64,000 bases of DNA from a virus (Duplodnaviria > Caudoviricetes). The DNA lies in IMG/VR virus record IMGVR_UViG_3300029288_007050, positions 32,001-96,000 of that record, one strand, 5' to 3'. Below are positions 1-8,194 of this stretch, in pieces. Each line of letters starts with the position of its first letter. The first letter of the stretch is position 1. A program made the position numbers and the translations under genes. A model generated the notes under the pieces. The model made no database searches, was not told where the DNA came from, and saw nothing but the letters and a program-made list of their open reading frames with translations.

Positions 1-235
1 AGAATGGACAGAAGAACAATCCGGTTCTGGATCTGCTATTCTATTGTTCATTATCATTGGTTTCTTTGGATTATTTTTCATTTGTGCAATTTTTTCTAGC
101 TCTAGTGGTGGAAGTATTGGTTCTGGTTTTATTGGTGGCGGTATCGGTTTAGGAAGTAGCGGGGGAAGCAGTGGAGGCAGTAGTTTTGGTGGTTTCGGTG
201 GTGGTAGTTTTGGTGGGGGAGGCGCTTCAAGATAA
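1..235 (+). CDS. C-terminal fragment of a membrane protein with Gly/Ser-rich tail (TPM-domain family-like); starts before the window
   Basis: TM helix followed by GGSSFGGFGGGSFGGGGASR, the typical tail of TPM-domain proteins. Confidence 0.6.
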   Translation, partial: EWTEEQSGSGSAILLFIIIGFFGLFFICAIFSSSSGGSIGSGFIGGGIGLGSSGGSSGGSSFGGFGGGSFGGGGASR

Positions 236-255
236 TTCGAAATGTATTTATTTCT

Positions 256-576
256 ATGAAAAAATATCAAACTATAATTGGATGTCTGTTAATTGCTATT
301 GCTCTCTATTTTGGTCTATCTAGTATTGATATTGATATAGAAGTCAAAAATACTTCGTCTCCTCAGAGTATTCAAGAAAAACTTATACAAGAAAAATTTC
401 AAGCATATCAAGACTGGGGTTATTATAATGGTCTTGCGATGCCTAAAAGAATTTTATCTGAAAACGAATGGTTTAAGAAAACAGGAGACAACAATTACGA
501 TCCGAATCTAACGTGCGAACAGCTCATAGACGAAATGTACGACATAGGATATAAAAACGCAAATCGACCAGATTAA
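256..576 (+). CDS. hypothetical protein with N-terminal TM/signal helix
   Basis: 106 aa ORF, hydrophobic N-terminus. Confidence 0.6.
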   Translation: MKKYQTIIGCLLIAIALYFGLSSIDIDIEVKNTSSPQSIQEKLIQEKFQAYQDWGYYNGLAMPKRILSENEWFKKTGDNNYDPNLTCEQLIDEMYDIGYKNANRPD

Positions 577-594
577 AAAATCTAAAAACAAAAA

Positions 595-1809
595 ATGAAA
601 AAAGTAATATCAACAGAAAAAATACCGATCAAATTATGGTTAGACGATATTGAAGAAGGCGCTTTGCAACAAGCTAGAAATCTTGCTAATTTGCCTTTCG
701 GTTTCAAATGGATTTCTATAATGCCTGATTCTCATCAGGGTTTCGGTATGCCGATAGGTGGTGTTATGGCTACAAAAGGAATAGTAGTACCAAACGCTGT
801 CGGTGTTGATATTGGGTGTGGTATGTGCGCAGTCAAAACGTCTTTGACAGAAATCGACCAAGAAAAACTTAAGAAAATAATGGGAAGAATCCGGAAAGAA
901 ATTCCAGTCGGTTTCAGTCATCACAAATCAAAACAGAATGAAGATCTAATGCCAAAATTTCCAAGTGAATCTAAACCAGACTGGGACGTTAATTTAATGC
1001 CAGTATGTGTAAGTGAATACGAAAACGCTTTAAAACAGATTGGAACTCTTGGAGGAGGAAATCATTTCATTGAAATTCAAAAAGGAAGTGATGGTCACAT
1101 CTGGTTAATGATACATAGCGGTTCTAGAAACTTTGGTTTAAAGATTGCTAAACACTACAACGATTTAGCAATAGAATTAAACAAAAAATGGCACACTCAA
1201 GTTCCGCATGAATGGAAATTGGCATTCTTGCCGATGGATTCGAAAGAAGGATACACCTATTTGAGAGAAATGCAATACGCTGTTGATTTTGCTTTAGCTA
1301 ATAGAAAACTGATGATGGATAGAATACAAAACATCGTAAACGACGTCTGCTGGTTAAATTTAGACAACGTTCTTCCTGACAAATCACCTTTAGTCATAGA
1401 CGAAATGATAAATATTGCTCATAATTATGCTAAGATGGAAAACCATTTCGGAGAAAACGTCTTAGTCCATAGAAAAGGAGCTACGTTAGCTACAGAAAAA
1501 ACAATAGGTATAATTCCAGGTTCGATGGGTACTTCAAGTTATATCGTCCAAGGTTTGGGAAATCCAGATTCGTTTAATTCTTGTTCACACGGAGCTGGTA
1601 GAAAAATGAGTAGAAAAAAAGCTATCTCTGATCTTAATTTAGAAGAAGAACAGAAAAAAATGACAGGTATTTTGGGAGCACCAAGAAATAAAGACGAGTT
1701 AGAAGAAGCACCAGGTGCTTATAAAGATATAGACGTCGTCATGGAAAATCAGAAAGATCTTGTTAAGATTTTAGTTGAGCTTAGACCATTAGCTGTTATC
1801 AAAGGTTAG
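595..1809 (+). CDS. rtcB: RNA-splicing/repair ligase RtcB
   Basis: motifs MPDSHQG, VGVDIGCG, GTLGGGNHFIE, HSGSR, HNYA, HRKGA, PGSMG, SHGAGR, EAPGAYKDI. Confidence 0.97.
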   Translation: MKKVISTEKIPIKLWLDDIEEGALQQARNLANLPFGFKWISIMPDSHQGFGMPIGGVMATKGIVVPNAVGVDIGCGMCAVKTSLTEIDQEKLKKIMGRIRKEIPVGFSHHKSKQNEDLMPKFPSESKPDWDVNLMPVCVSEYENALKQIGTLGGGNHFIEIQKGSDGHIWLMIHSGSRNFGLKIAKHYNDLAIELNKKWHTQVPHEWKLAFLPMDSKEGYTYLREMQYAVDFALANRKLMMDRIQNIVNDVCWLNLDNVLPDKSPLVIDEMINIAHNYAKMENHFGENVLVHRKGATLATEKTIGIIPGSMGTSSYIVQGLGNPDSFNSCSHGAGRKMSRKKAISDLNLEEEQKKMTGILGAPRNKDELEEAPGAYKDIDVVMENQKDLVKILVELRPLAVIKG

Positions 1810-1811
1810 AA

Positions 1812-1882
1812 CAGGGTGAGGTGTTACGGTAGCATTCATAGTTTGGAACTATGAGGCCTTAGTTCGACTCTAAGCACCCTGA
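1812..1882 (+). tRNA. tRNA-Pro(TGG), atypical (A8/U14, A37), CCA not encoded
   Basis: acceptor CAGGGTG/CACCCTG, D stem GTGT/GCAT, anticodon stem CATAG/CTATG with loop TT-TGG-AA, T arm CTTAG-TTCGACT-CTAAG; C1:G72 and A73 fit Pro identity. Confidence 0.9.
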
Positions 1883-1921
1883 ATGTTTAGAGATATAAAA
1901 ATAGGTTTCTTTATTTATCCA

Positions 1922-1977
1922 AGCGCTCTAGAACGCTATGAGAGCTTGGTATAAATATAAACTTGATATATTATACG
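1922..1977 (+). repeat. dispersed bipartite intergenic motif, copy 1
   Basis: AGCGCTCTAGAACG, spacer, AAACTTGATATATTATA. Confidence 0.75.
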
Positions 1978-2016
1978 TTAACATTTTTGTCAACTATACT
2001 TTTCTAAAATAAATGT

Positions 2017-2367
2017 ATGAAAAATAAAATTAGAACATTTAAAACTGGTGCTACAAGAGACACCGACGCTAACAAAATCGACCCAGAAGGATTCATCAGT
2101 CCGATCGTCTTAAAAAGATTTTCAGAATACATGAATAAACATAGAATTCAACCAAATGGTGTCTTACGCGCTAGCGATAATTGGCAAAAAGGAATACCTA
2201 AAGAAGAATACATGAAGTCTGGCTGGAGACATTTTCTAGATTGGTGGTTAGAACATCGTGGTCACAAAAGTCGAAATGGATTAGAAGATGCTTTGTGCGG
2301 AGTGATGTTTAATTCGATGGGTTATTTATTTGAAATTCTAAAAAGCAAAAAAGATGACAAAAAATAA
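2017..2367 (+). CDS. dATP/dGTP diphosphohydrolase-like domain protein (DUF5664-like)
   Basis: FKTGATRD...K, DNWQKGIP, SGWRH pattern. Confidence 0.65.
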   Translation: MKNKIRTFKTGATRDTDANKIDPEGFISPIVLKRFSEYMNKHRIQPNGVLRASDNWQKGIPKEEYMKSGWRHFLDWWLEHRGHKSRNGLEDALCGVMFNSMGYLFEILKSKKDDKK

Positions 2368-2857
2368 TCAAACGATTTATATCGGTGTAGACAATGGTCT
2401 TGCTGGAGGTTTAGCAATAATACAAGGTCGGAAAATATTAGAATTGTTAACCATGCCAGTTATGGTAGGTAGCAATGACAGAAACGAATACGATATTCTT
2501 TCGATCATAAAAATTCTTCAGAAATACCAGAAAAATTCGACAATGATAATTGAAAAAGCACACGCAATGCCTGTCATAGGCGTCGTTCAAGCTTTTAGTT
2601 TTGGTAAGCTTTATGGTATTATGCTTGGTCTAGCATGTGCTTTACAAATACCTTATAATATAGTTCATTCAAAAACTTGGCAGAGAGAAATGTTTAGAGA
2701 TATTAGTACAGATAACACAAAACAAGCAAGCGCAATGATAGCAAAAAGATTATATCCAGATCAATCTTTCCTAGCATCAGAAAGAAGTAAAAAAATACAT
2801 TCGGGTTTGACGGATGCTATTCTTATTGCAACATACGGTCAAAGAAAGAATTTGTAA
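2354..2857 (+). CDS. RuvC-like Holliday junction resolvase
   Basis: YIGVDNGLAGGLA, IIEK, FSFG, W, DAILIA RNase H-fold motifs. Confidence 0.85.
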   Translation: MTKNNQTIYIGVDNGLAGGLAIIQGRKILELLTMPVMVGSNDRNEYDILSIIKILQKYQKNSTMIIEKAHAMPVIGVVQAFSFGKLYGIMLGLACALQIPYNIVHSKTWQREMFRDISTDNTKQASAMIAKRLYPDQSFLASERSKKIHSGLTDAILIATYGQRKNL

Positions 2858-2872
2858 AGGTCGAAAAGGGCG

Positions 2873-2901
2873 TTTACAAACGCTTCTAAATATGGTATAA
2901 T
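2873..2901 (+). promoter_or_regulatory. sigma70-type promoter
   Basis: TTTACA-17 nt-TATAAT with TG extension; same form recurs at 8133, 14539, 61640 and 63902. Confidence 0.8.
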
Positions 2902-2952
2902 ATATTAAAGCTAAAAATTAAAAGTCGAGAAATTAACGTTCAAAAACAAAAA

Positions 2953-3210
2953 ATGCAAAACATAAAACTAAACGACAAAATCAAATACGTCAAAAGAATA
3001 CTTAGAACACCTTATCATTTCTTTTACGTCCCAATGAAAACGAGTTTGATAGGAATAAAATTTGAAGATAGGAATGGACAGAGTTTTGATTTTACTGGTC
3101 CAAATATGTTCGAAGCAGTTGTGACAGCTGAAAATTACGTCAACGAAGGTCTTAGAGAAGGAAACCTAAAAGAACCCGAACCAAGGAAAAAGAAAGAAGA
3201 AGCGAAATAA
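2953..3210 (+). CDS. hypothetical protein
   Basis: 85 aa ORF, first gene after promoter. Confidence 0.65.
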   Translation: MQNIKLNDKIKYVKRILRTPYHFFYVPMKTSLIGIKFEDRNGQSFDFTGPNMFEAVVTAENYVNEGLREGNLKEPEPRKKKEEAK

Positions 3211-3220
3211 AAAAGAATCT

Positions 3221-3487
3221 ATGAAGATAAATAAAATTATATGTGACATCTGTGACAAAGAGATAGATGTCAATAATGAAGCTGGTTTAGCGATGTACGA
3301 ACATATAAGTATTCAGCAGAAACTCAATTTAATGCCAGACGTTTTATCGAAAGGAGAAACAAATCCACAGACTAACAAAGAAATAATTAAAGTTTATTTT
3401 GATCTCTGCAATGAATGTGCTTTAGAAACAGAAGCTTTCTTGATAAAGTTAAGAGAAAAGAAAATTAACGATAAAGGTCGAAAATAA
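3221..3487 (+). CDS. hypothetical Zn-binding protein
   Basis: CDIC ... DLCNEC. Confidence 0.65.
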   Translation: MKINKIICDICDKEIDVNNEAGLAMYEHISIQQKLNLMPDVLSKGETNPQTNKEIIKVYFDLCNECALETEAFLIKLREKKINDKGRK

Positions 3488-3511
3488 AAATTAATAAGAC
3501 TAAAAACAAAT

Positions 3512-3781
3512 ATGAGCGTAAAATACATCAAAGAGAATTATCCAGAAACGTATCCAACGATGGACGAAGAAGCTCTAAGATGGATCTTCAAAAATAAGAA
3601 TATTCTTAGAGAAAAATTCAGTAAACGTTTCCCGAAATCGCCGTTTCTATTCGTCGTTCAAATCAAAACTGAGAGAGGCACAGTGTTAGTCAACGACGAA
3701 GCAGAAGTCAAACGAGTTGACAAAGTCGCTTATCTAAGTTGGAAGACTTTAAGACAACTCGGTTGTCCGACAAGTTTTTAG
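3512..3781 (+). CDS. hypothetical protein
   Basis: 89 aa ORF in operon. Confidence 0.6.
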   Translation: MSVKYIKENYPETYPTMDEEALRWIFKNKNILREKFSKRFPKSPFLFVVQIKTERGTVLVNDEAEVKRVDKVAYLSWKTLRQLGCPTSF

Positions 3782-3808
3782 TTATTAATTATTAACAAAA
3801 GAAAAAAC

Positions 3809-4036
3809 ATGAAAAAAGTAGACAGAATTAAGATTGTCATCGGGAGATTTGGTTCTGATCCAGAGAAATTAGAAATCTCAAAAGGAGCTACTGTCGAAGA
3901 AGCTCTTGAAGAAGCTGGTATCACTCTAAACTCAACTGAAAAAATCTGGGTTAATGGTGAGAAAGCTACTAGAAAAGACATTCTCGAAAACGATGACAAT
4001 TTATTGTTAGTCAGTCCAAAACAAGCTGGTTTCTAA
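3809..4036 (+). CDS. ubiquitin-like beta-grasp protein (ThiS/MoaD-like Ubl)
   Basis: 75 aa; GATVEEALEEAGI, IWVNG, ILENDDNLLLVSPKQAG-F; Gly one residue from the C-terminus; next to E2/JAB/E1 genes. Confidence 0.8.
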   Translation: MKKVDRIKIVIGRFGSDPEKLEISKGATVEEALEEAGITLNSTEKIWVNGEKATRKDILENDDNLLLVSPKQAGF

Positions 4037-4041
4037 TTAGT

Positions 4042-4875
4042 ATGACGAAATTTCGATCTTGGTACAAACAGTATGTCGATATATGCAACAAGAAATACGT
4101 TGCTTATGTAGATGACTTAAAGAAAAAGATAGAAACAGAAAGAACAGCTTTTCAGAAATTGATCGACTACAGAATGAAAACAAACTTGATGCATTCATTA
4201 GAATTAGATGGAAAAATTAACCAGAAGTCAGAACAAATAGCAAATTTAGAGTCTTCTATAATAAAAATTTCTTCTGTAAAAGAAGAAATGGATAACAGAG
4301 TATCAGATCTGAGCGCAGACAAACTATACGAAAAAATATTGAAGCATCCTAAAGTCGACAAGATCGAAATTGAAAATGATGATTTAAACATCATCACGAA
4401 GAAACTTAAAGTAAGGGATAAAAACATAGGTCATTTCAAATTTACATACAACCCGAAAACCGATAGATTGTTTATCAGAAATCTAGAATACGTAGTCGAA
4501 GGAATATTTGACCACTGGCATATAAAATTTGGTGACCCATGTTTAGCTGACTGGAAACCGATATTGTGGAAATACTTAGATACTTTCCAGATTTTCTTTT
4601 TTGTCGATACGTTGATTCATTATCTCTTATTGTCAAATTCGAATCATGCATACAAGCCATTCGAAGAATGGATTAAATTGTTCGAAAAGAAAGAAGAAGT
4701 AAAAAAGCAAGAAATAAATGCGTCAGAACTTTCTGCTGATCAATTAGCTTACGCAGAAATGTATAATGCAGTATATATAAGAGCAAGTGAATATGCAGCA
4801 GGTTGGGTTGACGGCACGACTACAGCTACTACGATGTCATCGTCTTATACGTATTGGGCTGATGCAACTAGTTAA
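4042..4875 (+). CDS. putative prokaryotic E2-like conjugating enzyme with N-terminal coiled coil
   Basis: DHWHIKFGDPCLADW resembles the E2 HPH/N..G..CL catalytic segment; gene context. Confidence 0.6.
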   Translation: MTKFRSWYKQYVDICNKKYVAYVDDLKKKIETERTAFQKLIDYRMKTNLMHSLELDGKINQKSEQIANLESSIIKISSVKEEMDNRVSDLSADKLYEKILKHPKVDKIEIENDDLNIITKKLKVRDKNIGHFKFTYNPKTDRLFIRNLEYVVEGIFDHWHIKFGDPCLADWKPILWKYLDTFQIFFFVDTLIHYLLLSNSNHAYKPFEEWIKLFEKKEEVKKQEINASELSADQLAYAEMYNAVYIRASEYAAGWVDGTTTATTMSSSYTYWADATS

Positions 4876-4882
4876 TAAAGAT

Positions 4883-5110
4883 ATGGAGAGTCTAGAACAA
4901 ATGGAAAAAAGAATAAAAGAAGAAGGAGAAATAAGATGTCCACATTGTGATCATCTGCAATCAGACGATGACGGCGCGTATCCAATAAGTTATCATGGAA
5001 GTGAAGACGGACCAGAAGAAAGATGTTGTGACGAATGCGGAAAAAAGTTTTATGTCAGAGAAAACGTCAGAAGATCTTATGACGTTGCTGCAAATCAAGA
5101 AGATTTATGA
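4883..5110 (+). CDS. Zn-ribbon protein
   Basis: CPHC ... CDECG; ATG at 4883 avoids overlap with the upstream gene. Confidence 0.7.
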   Translation: MESLEQMEKRIKEEGEIRCPHCDHLQSDDDGAYPISYHGSEDGPEERCCDECGKKFYVRENVRRSYDVAANQEDL

Positions 5111-5667
5111 TTACTCTTAAAATAACTAAAGAAGCATACCTGAAACTTAGATGTTTTACTGAATTATGCGATACAGAAATTTCTGGTTTGGGTAAAGTTA
5201 AAGAAAATGGTGATAGCGAATTCGAGATATATGATATAGAACTTTTTGAACAGAATGCTTCCTTCGGCCACAGTGATTTAGATGAAGAGAAATTAGCTAA
5301 ATTCTTGAATGAAAAGATAATCAAGAAAGAAAACATTAAAGACTATAAAGTTTGGTGGCATTCTCATGCAGACATGAAAGCATATTTTAGCCCTAGAGAC
5401 GATCGAACAATAGATGAATCCACTGAATTTCCATATCTAATATCTATAGTCACGAATAAAAAAGGAGAAGACTTAATTAGATTAGATTTGTATAAACCAT
5501 TAAGACTGACGATTCCACTAAAAATGGAATTGACTGTAGAACTTGATGAACAACTGAAACTAAAATGTCAAAAAGAAATCAAAGAAAAAGTAAAAAAGAG
5601 GTGGTCAATATCAATTTTCGGAGACAAAAAGATATTTTCGATCCCCAGATATTCCAAAAAACTATAA
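5107..5667 (+). CDS. JAB/MPN+ metallo-isopeptidase
   Basis: EISGLG and WWHSHADMKAYFSPRDD (E...HxH-x7-S-x2-D JAMM motif). Confidence 0.9.
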   Translation: MITLKITKEAYLKLRCFTELCDTEISGLGKVKENGDSEFEIYDIELFEQNASFGHSDLDEEKLAKFLNEKIIKKENIKDYKVWWHSHADMKAYFSPRDDRTIDESTEFPYLISIVTNKKGEDLIRLDLYKPLRLTIPLKMELTVELDEQLKLKCQKEIKEKVKKRWSISIFGDKKIFSIPRYSKKL

Positions 5668-6236
5668 CGATCGTCGGCCTTGGTAATATCGGTTCACAGA
5701 CGGCAGTAGCTTTGACTAGACTTGGACTTAAAGATTTTTATCTCTATGATCACGATAATATTGAAGAGCATAACATTGCTAGCCAAGTTTTCTACAGAAA
5801 TCAGTTGGGAAAACCGAAAACAGAGATGATCAAAAAGACAATGTTTAACATAAACAAGAATGTTTCTGTTTTAGCAGAAAAAAAGAAATATGATGGTGTT
5901 TTTCTCTTCAGTGATATATTGATTATAGCAGTTGATAGCATGAAAGAAAGAGTAAGAATCTGGAAAAATCTCCTTAAAAATAATATTCGTCCAGAACTTA
6001 TTATTGACGGTCGTATGGGTGGACCACAGTTAGAAATCTATACTTGCAGAACGTTAGAAGAATGGGAAGATACGTTTGTAGACAATCCATCTAAAGATCC
6101 ATGCGGAGCTAGGAGCATTTGCTACATTTCTATGATTATCGGTTCGTTGATTGCAAATCAAGTTAAACGATATTTAAAAGCTGAACGATATAAGAAAACG
6201 ATTTTATTTAATATTGATTCTTTGCAACTAATATGA
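5565..6236 (+). CDS. ThiF/E1-like adenylyltransferase (true start possibly GTG at 5601)
   Basis: RQ, VGLGNIGS, YDHDNIEEHNIASQ, GKPK, AVDS, DGRMG, candidate catalytic Cys in DPCG. Confidence 0.92.
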   Translation: MSKRNQRKSKKEVVNINFRRQKDIFDPQIFQKTITIVGLGNIGSQTAVALTRLGLKDFYLYDHDNIEEHNIASQVFYRNQLGKPKTEMIKKTMFNINKNVSVLAEKKKYDGVFLFSDILIIAVDSMKERVRIWKNLLKNNIRPELIIDGRMGGPQLEIYTCRTLEEWEDTFVDNPSKDPCGARSICYISMIIGSLIANQVKRYLKAERYKKTILFNIDSLQLI

Positions 6237-6571
6237 GAAATATGTCAATAGGATTCATAAAAGATATAGACTTATTACCAAAAGATAACTATTGGTGGCA
6301 ATCTGAGACAGAAAAACGAGATAAAGAAATTCTGAAAATACTCGACAGACTGCATTTCAAGAAAGAATTCATGAGATTAGATATGCAACCAGAACATAGA
6401 TTGATGATTAGGTGCAATATATCGTTTACGAGGAGAGAATTATCAAGAATAAAATCAGTTAGAGAATTTCAAGAAATGTTAAAGCATAAACTCTTAGGCG
6501 CTCAAAAAGAATCAGAAAAATATTTTTCAGATTTAGTCAATAAAATATATGAAAATCATAAAACCTACTAA
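6233..6571 (+). CDS. hypothetical protein
   Basis: 112 aa, ATGA-coupled to the E1 gene. Confidence 0.6.
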   Translation: MRNMSIGFIKDIDLLPKDNYWWQSETEKRDKEILKILDRLHFKKEFMRLDMQPEHRLMIRCNISFTRRELSRIKSVREFQEMLKHKLLGAQKESEKYFSDLVNKIYENHKTY

Positions 6572-6821
6572 AGGGAGAATATTAATAGAATTGAATAAAA
6601 AACCAGAAAAAACTACATCTGGTATAATTCTGCCAGATTCAAAAGAAGATGTCCAAACACAAGGCTCGATCATAGCAGTCGGTGAAGGCAGCAAATTTCA
6701 AATTGGTACGTCAGTCATCTTTAAAGAATATTCTTCTACAAAGATTAATAGAGACAAAGATACTTTTTTCATAATCGATGAAGAAGACATCATAGCTACA
6801 ATTGAAGATGAAATCAAATGA
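6549..6821 (+). CDS. groES: co-chaperonin GroES (Cpn10)
   Basis: IKPTKGRILI, TTSGIILPD, IAVGEG, EEDIIA. Confidence 0.92.
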   Translation: MKIIKPTKGRILIELNKKPEKTTSGIILPDSKEDVQTQGSIIAVGEGSKFQIGTSVIFKEYSSTKINRDKDTFFIIDEEDIIATIEDEIK

Positions 6822-7344
6822 AGTCAAGAAAAACTTATTATTTAGATTTCTGTATGGGAGGAGTTTCATATTCGCAACGACTGAAATGGGATTGTTTGAT
6901 GGTTTCAGCGTTGTGGCAGACGTCGTTGCATTAAGCAAAAAATACAAATTCTACGAAGTTGAAGTAAAAACGAATATAACAGATCTAAGAGGAGAATTAA
7001 AAACAGTTCAGAATATTCTTGAAGAAGGTATATCTGACATGCGTTTAGCGAAGTATTGCAAACATAGGATATATCTAAAAGACCCAGACAAAGACAATTT
7101 GTTTATACCTCATCGATTTTATTTTTCAGTACCATACGAACATAAAGAAGAAGCATTATCGACTTTGTCAAAAACGCCATACGGTTTAATGGATTTACAG
7201 GGAAACGTCTATAAAGTTGCAAGAGATTTGCATAAAAAACCAATCCAGAAAGATTTCATCGACAAGATGCTTCAAAGATTGTCAAGAGTAAATTATGATT
7301 TATTAGAAAAATATGACAAACGAAAAAATATTAGAACAATTTAG
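6802..7344 (+). CDS. PD-(D/E)xK nuclease, MmcB-like
   Basis: ADVVAL...YEVEVK...DL, Y...FYFSVP, YGLM. Confidence 0.6.
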   Translation: MKMKSNEVKKNLLFRFLYGRSFIFATTEMGLFDGFSVVADVVALSKKYKFYEVEVKTNITDLRGELKTVQNILEEGISDMRLAKYCKHRIYLKDPDKDNLFIPHRFYFSVPYEHKEEALSTLSKTPYGLMDLQGNVYKVARDLHKKPIQKDFIDKMLQRLSRVNYDLLEKYDKRKNIRTI

Positions 7345-7909
7345 CGATGGCGTCAGAATGATAATGCTTTGTCAAAGAAATAAAGAAGGCAGAAACACGA
7401 ACAAAACAGATAGAGCAAGCATAAGAAAAATATCTACTAACAAAGAAGAGTTTTTAAAAATATATAATGAATTTTTAGAGATCAAGAATAACAGCAAAGA
7501 ACCGCTGAGAATCTATTCATCTGTAAACAAAAGAGACATCAATAAAGCAATTCGAACTTTTAAATTTGAACAGTTAGAAGCAGATTATTATGACGAAGAA
7601 AGCCGAAATAATTTTTATTTCGACATAAAAAATCGATGGATCAGTTGTCTAACTCAACAAAAATGCAAACTAGAATCTAATTTCTTGATTGATGCCGACT
7701 TTGAATTTGATAAAGAAAGCAAAGAAATTCTGAACAAAACAATTTTAGAAGACGTTCGTGCTGGTCTAAAAGACTTAAACGTTGAGATCTTATTAGAATA
7801 TCCGACGAAATCTGGATTCCATCTAGTCACCAAACCTTTTAATCCTTCTTTGTTTCCGCCAGCGCTGGGAGAAATTAAAAAAGATGCTTTATTATTATTA
7901 AGTTTTTAA
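7313..7909 (+). CDS. hypothetical protein, possible archaeo-eukaryotic primase (AEP)-fold enzyme
   Basis: FLIDAD, TKSGFH and KKD resemble AEP motifs I-III. Confidence 0.45.
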   Translation: MTNEKILEQFSDGVRMIMLCQRNKEGRNTNKTDRASIRKISTNKEEFLKIYNEFLEIKNNSKEPLRIYSSVNKRDINKAIRTFKFEQLEADYYDEESRNNFYFDIKNRWISCLTQQKCKLESNFLIDADFEFDKESKEILNKTILEDVRAGLKDLNVEILLEYPTKSGFHLVTKPFNPSLFPPALGEIKKDALLLLSF

Positions 7910-7910
7910 C

Positions 7911-8126
7911 ATGAAAATAAATTTCAAAAACGTCTGGAATTATCTTCCGATTCTAAATCTTTACGTCGAAATACCTTTTATTTCTGTGCGTACCAGTCTA
8001 ATGAATAAAAGTTACGAAACAAGAGATATTCAATACATAATGTTAGATGTTAAGTTTTTCAAATGGTCATTCAGTATAAAGTTATACGACATATACAGAA
8101 GATACAGAGACAGAGACAATTATTAA
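7911..8126 (+). CDS. hypothetical protein
   Basis: 71 aa ORF in operon. Confidence 0.5.
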   Translation: MKINFKNVWNYLPILNLYVEIPFISVRTSLMNKSYETRDIQYIMLDVKFFKWSFSIKLYDIYRRYRDRDNY

Positions 8127-8132
8127 AGGGTA

Positions 8133-8161
8133 TTTACAAAGGTTGCAAAGTATGGTATAAT
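8133..8161 (+). promoter_or_regulatory. sigma70-type promoter for the Ro60 unit
   Basis: TTTACA-17 nt-TATAAT with TG extension. Confidence 0.8.
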
Positions 8162-8194
8162 ATAGAATATAAAGGTTAATCTTCATTTATTATC

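Noticed and set aside
3809-6236. Thiamine or molybdopterin biosynthesis reading of the ThiS/ThiF-like genes
   Set aside because: No thiG, moaE or cysteine desulfurase nearby; JAB and E2-like genes favour protein conjugation.
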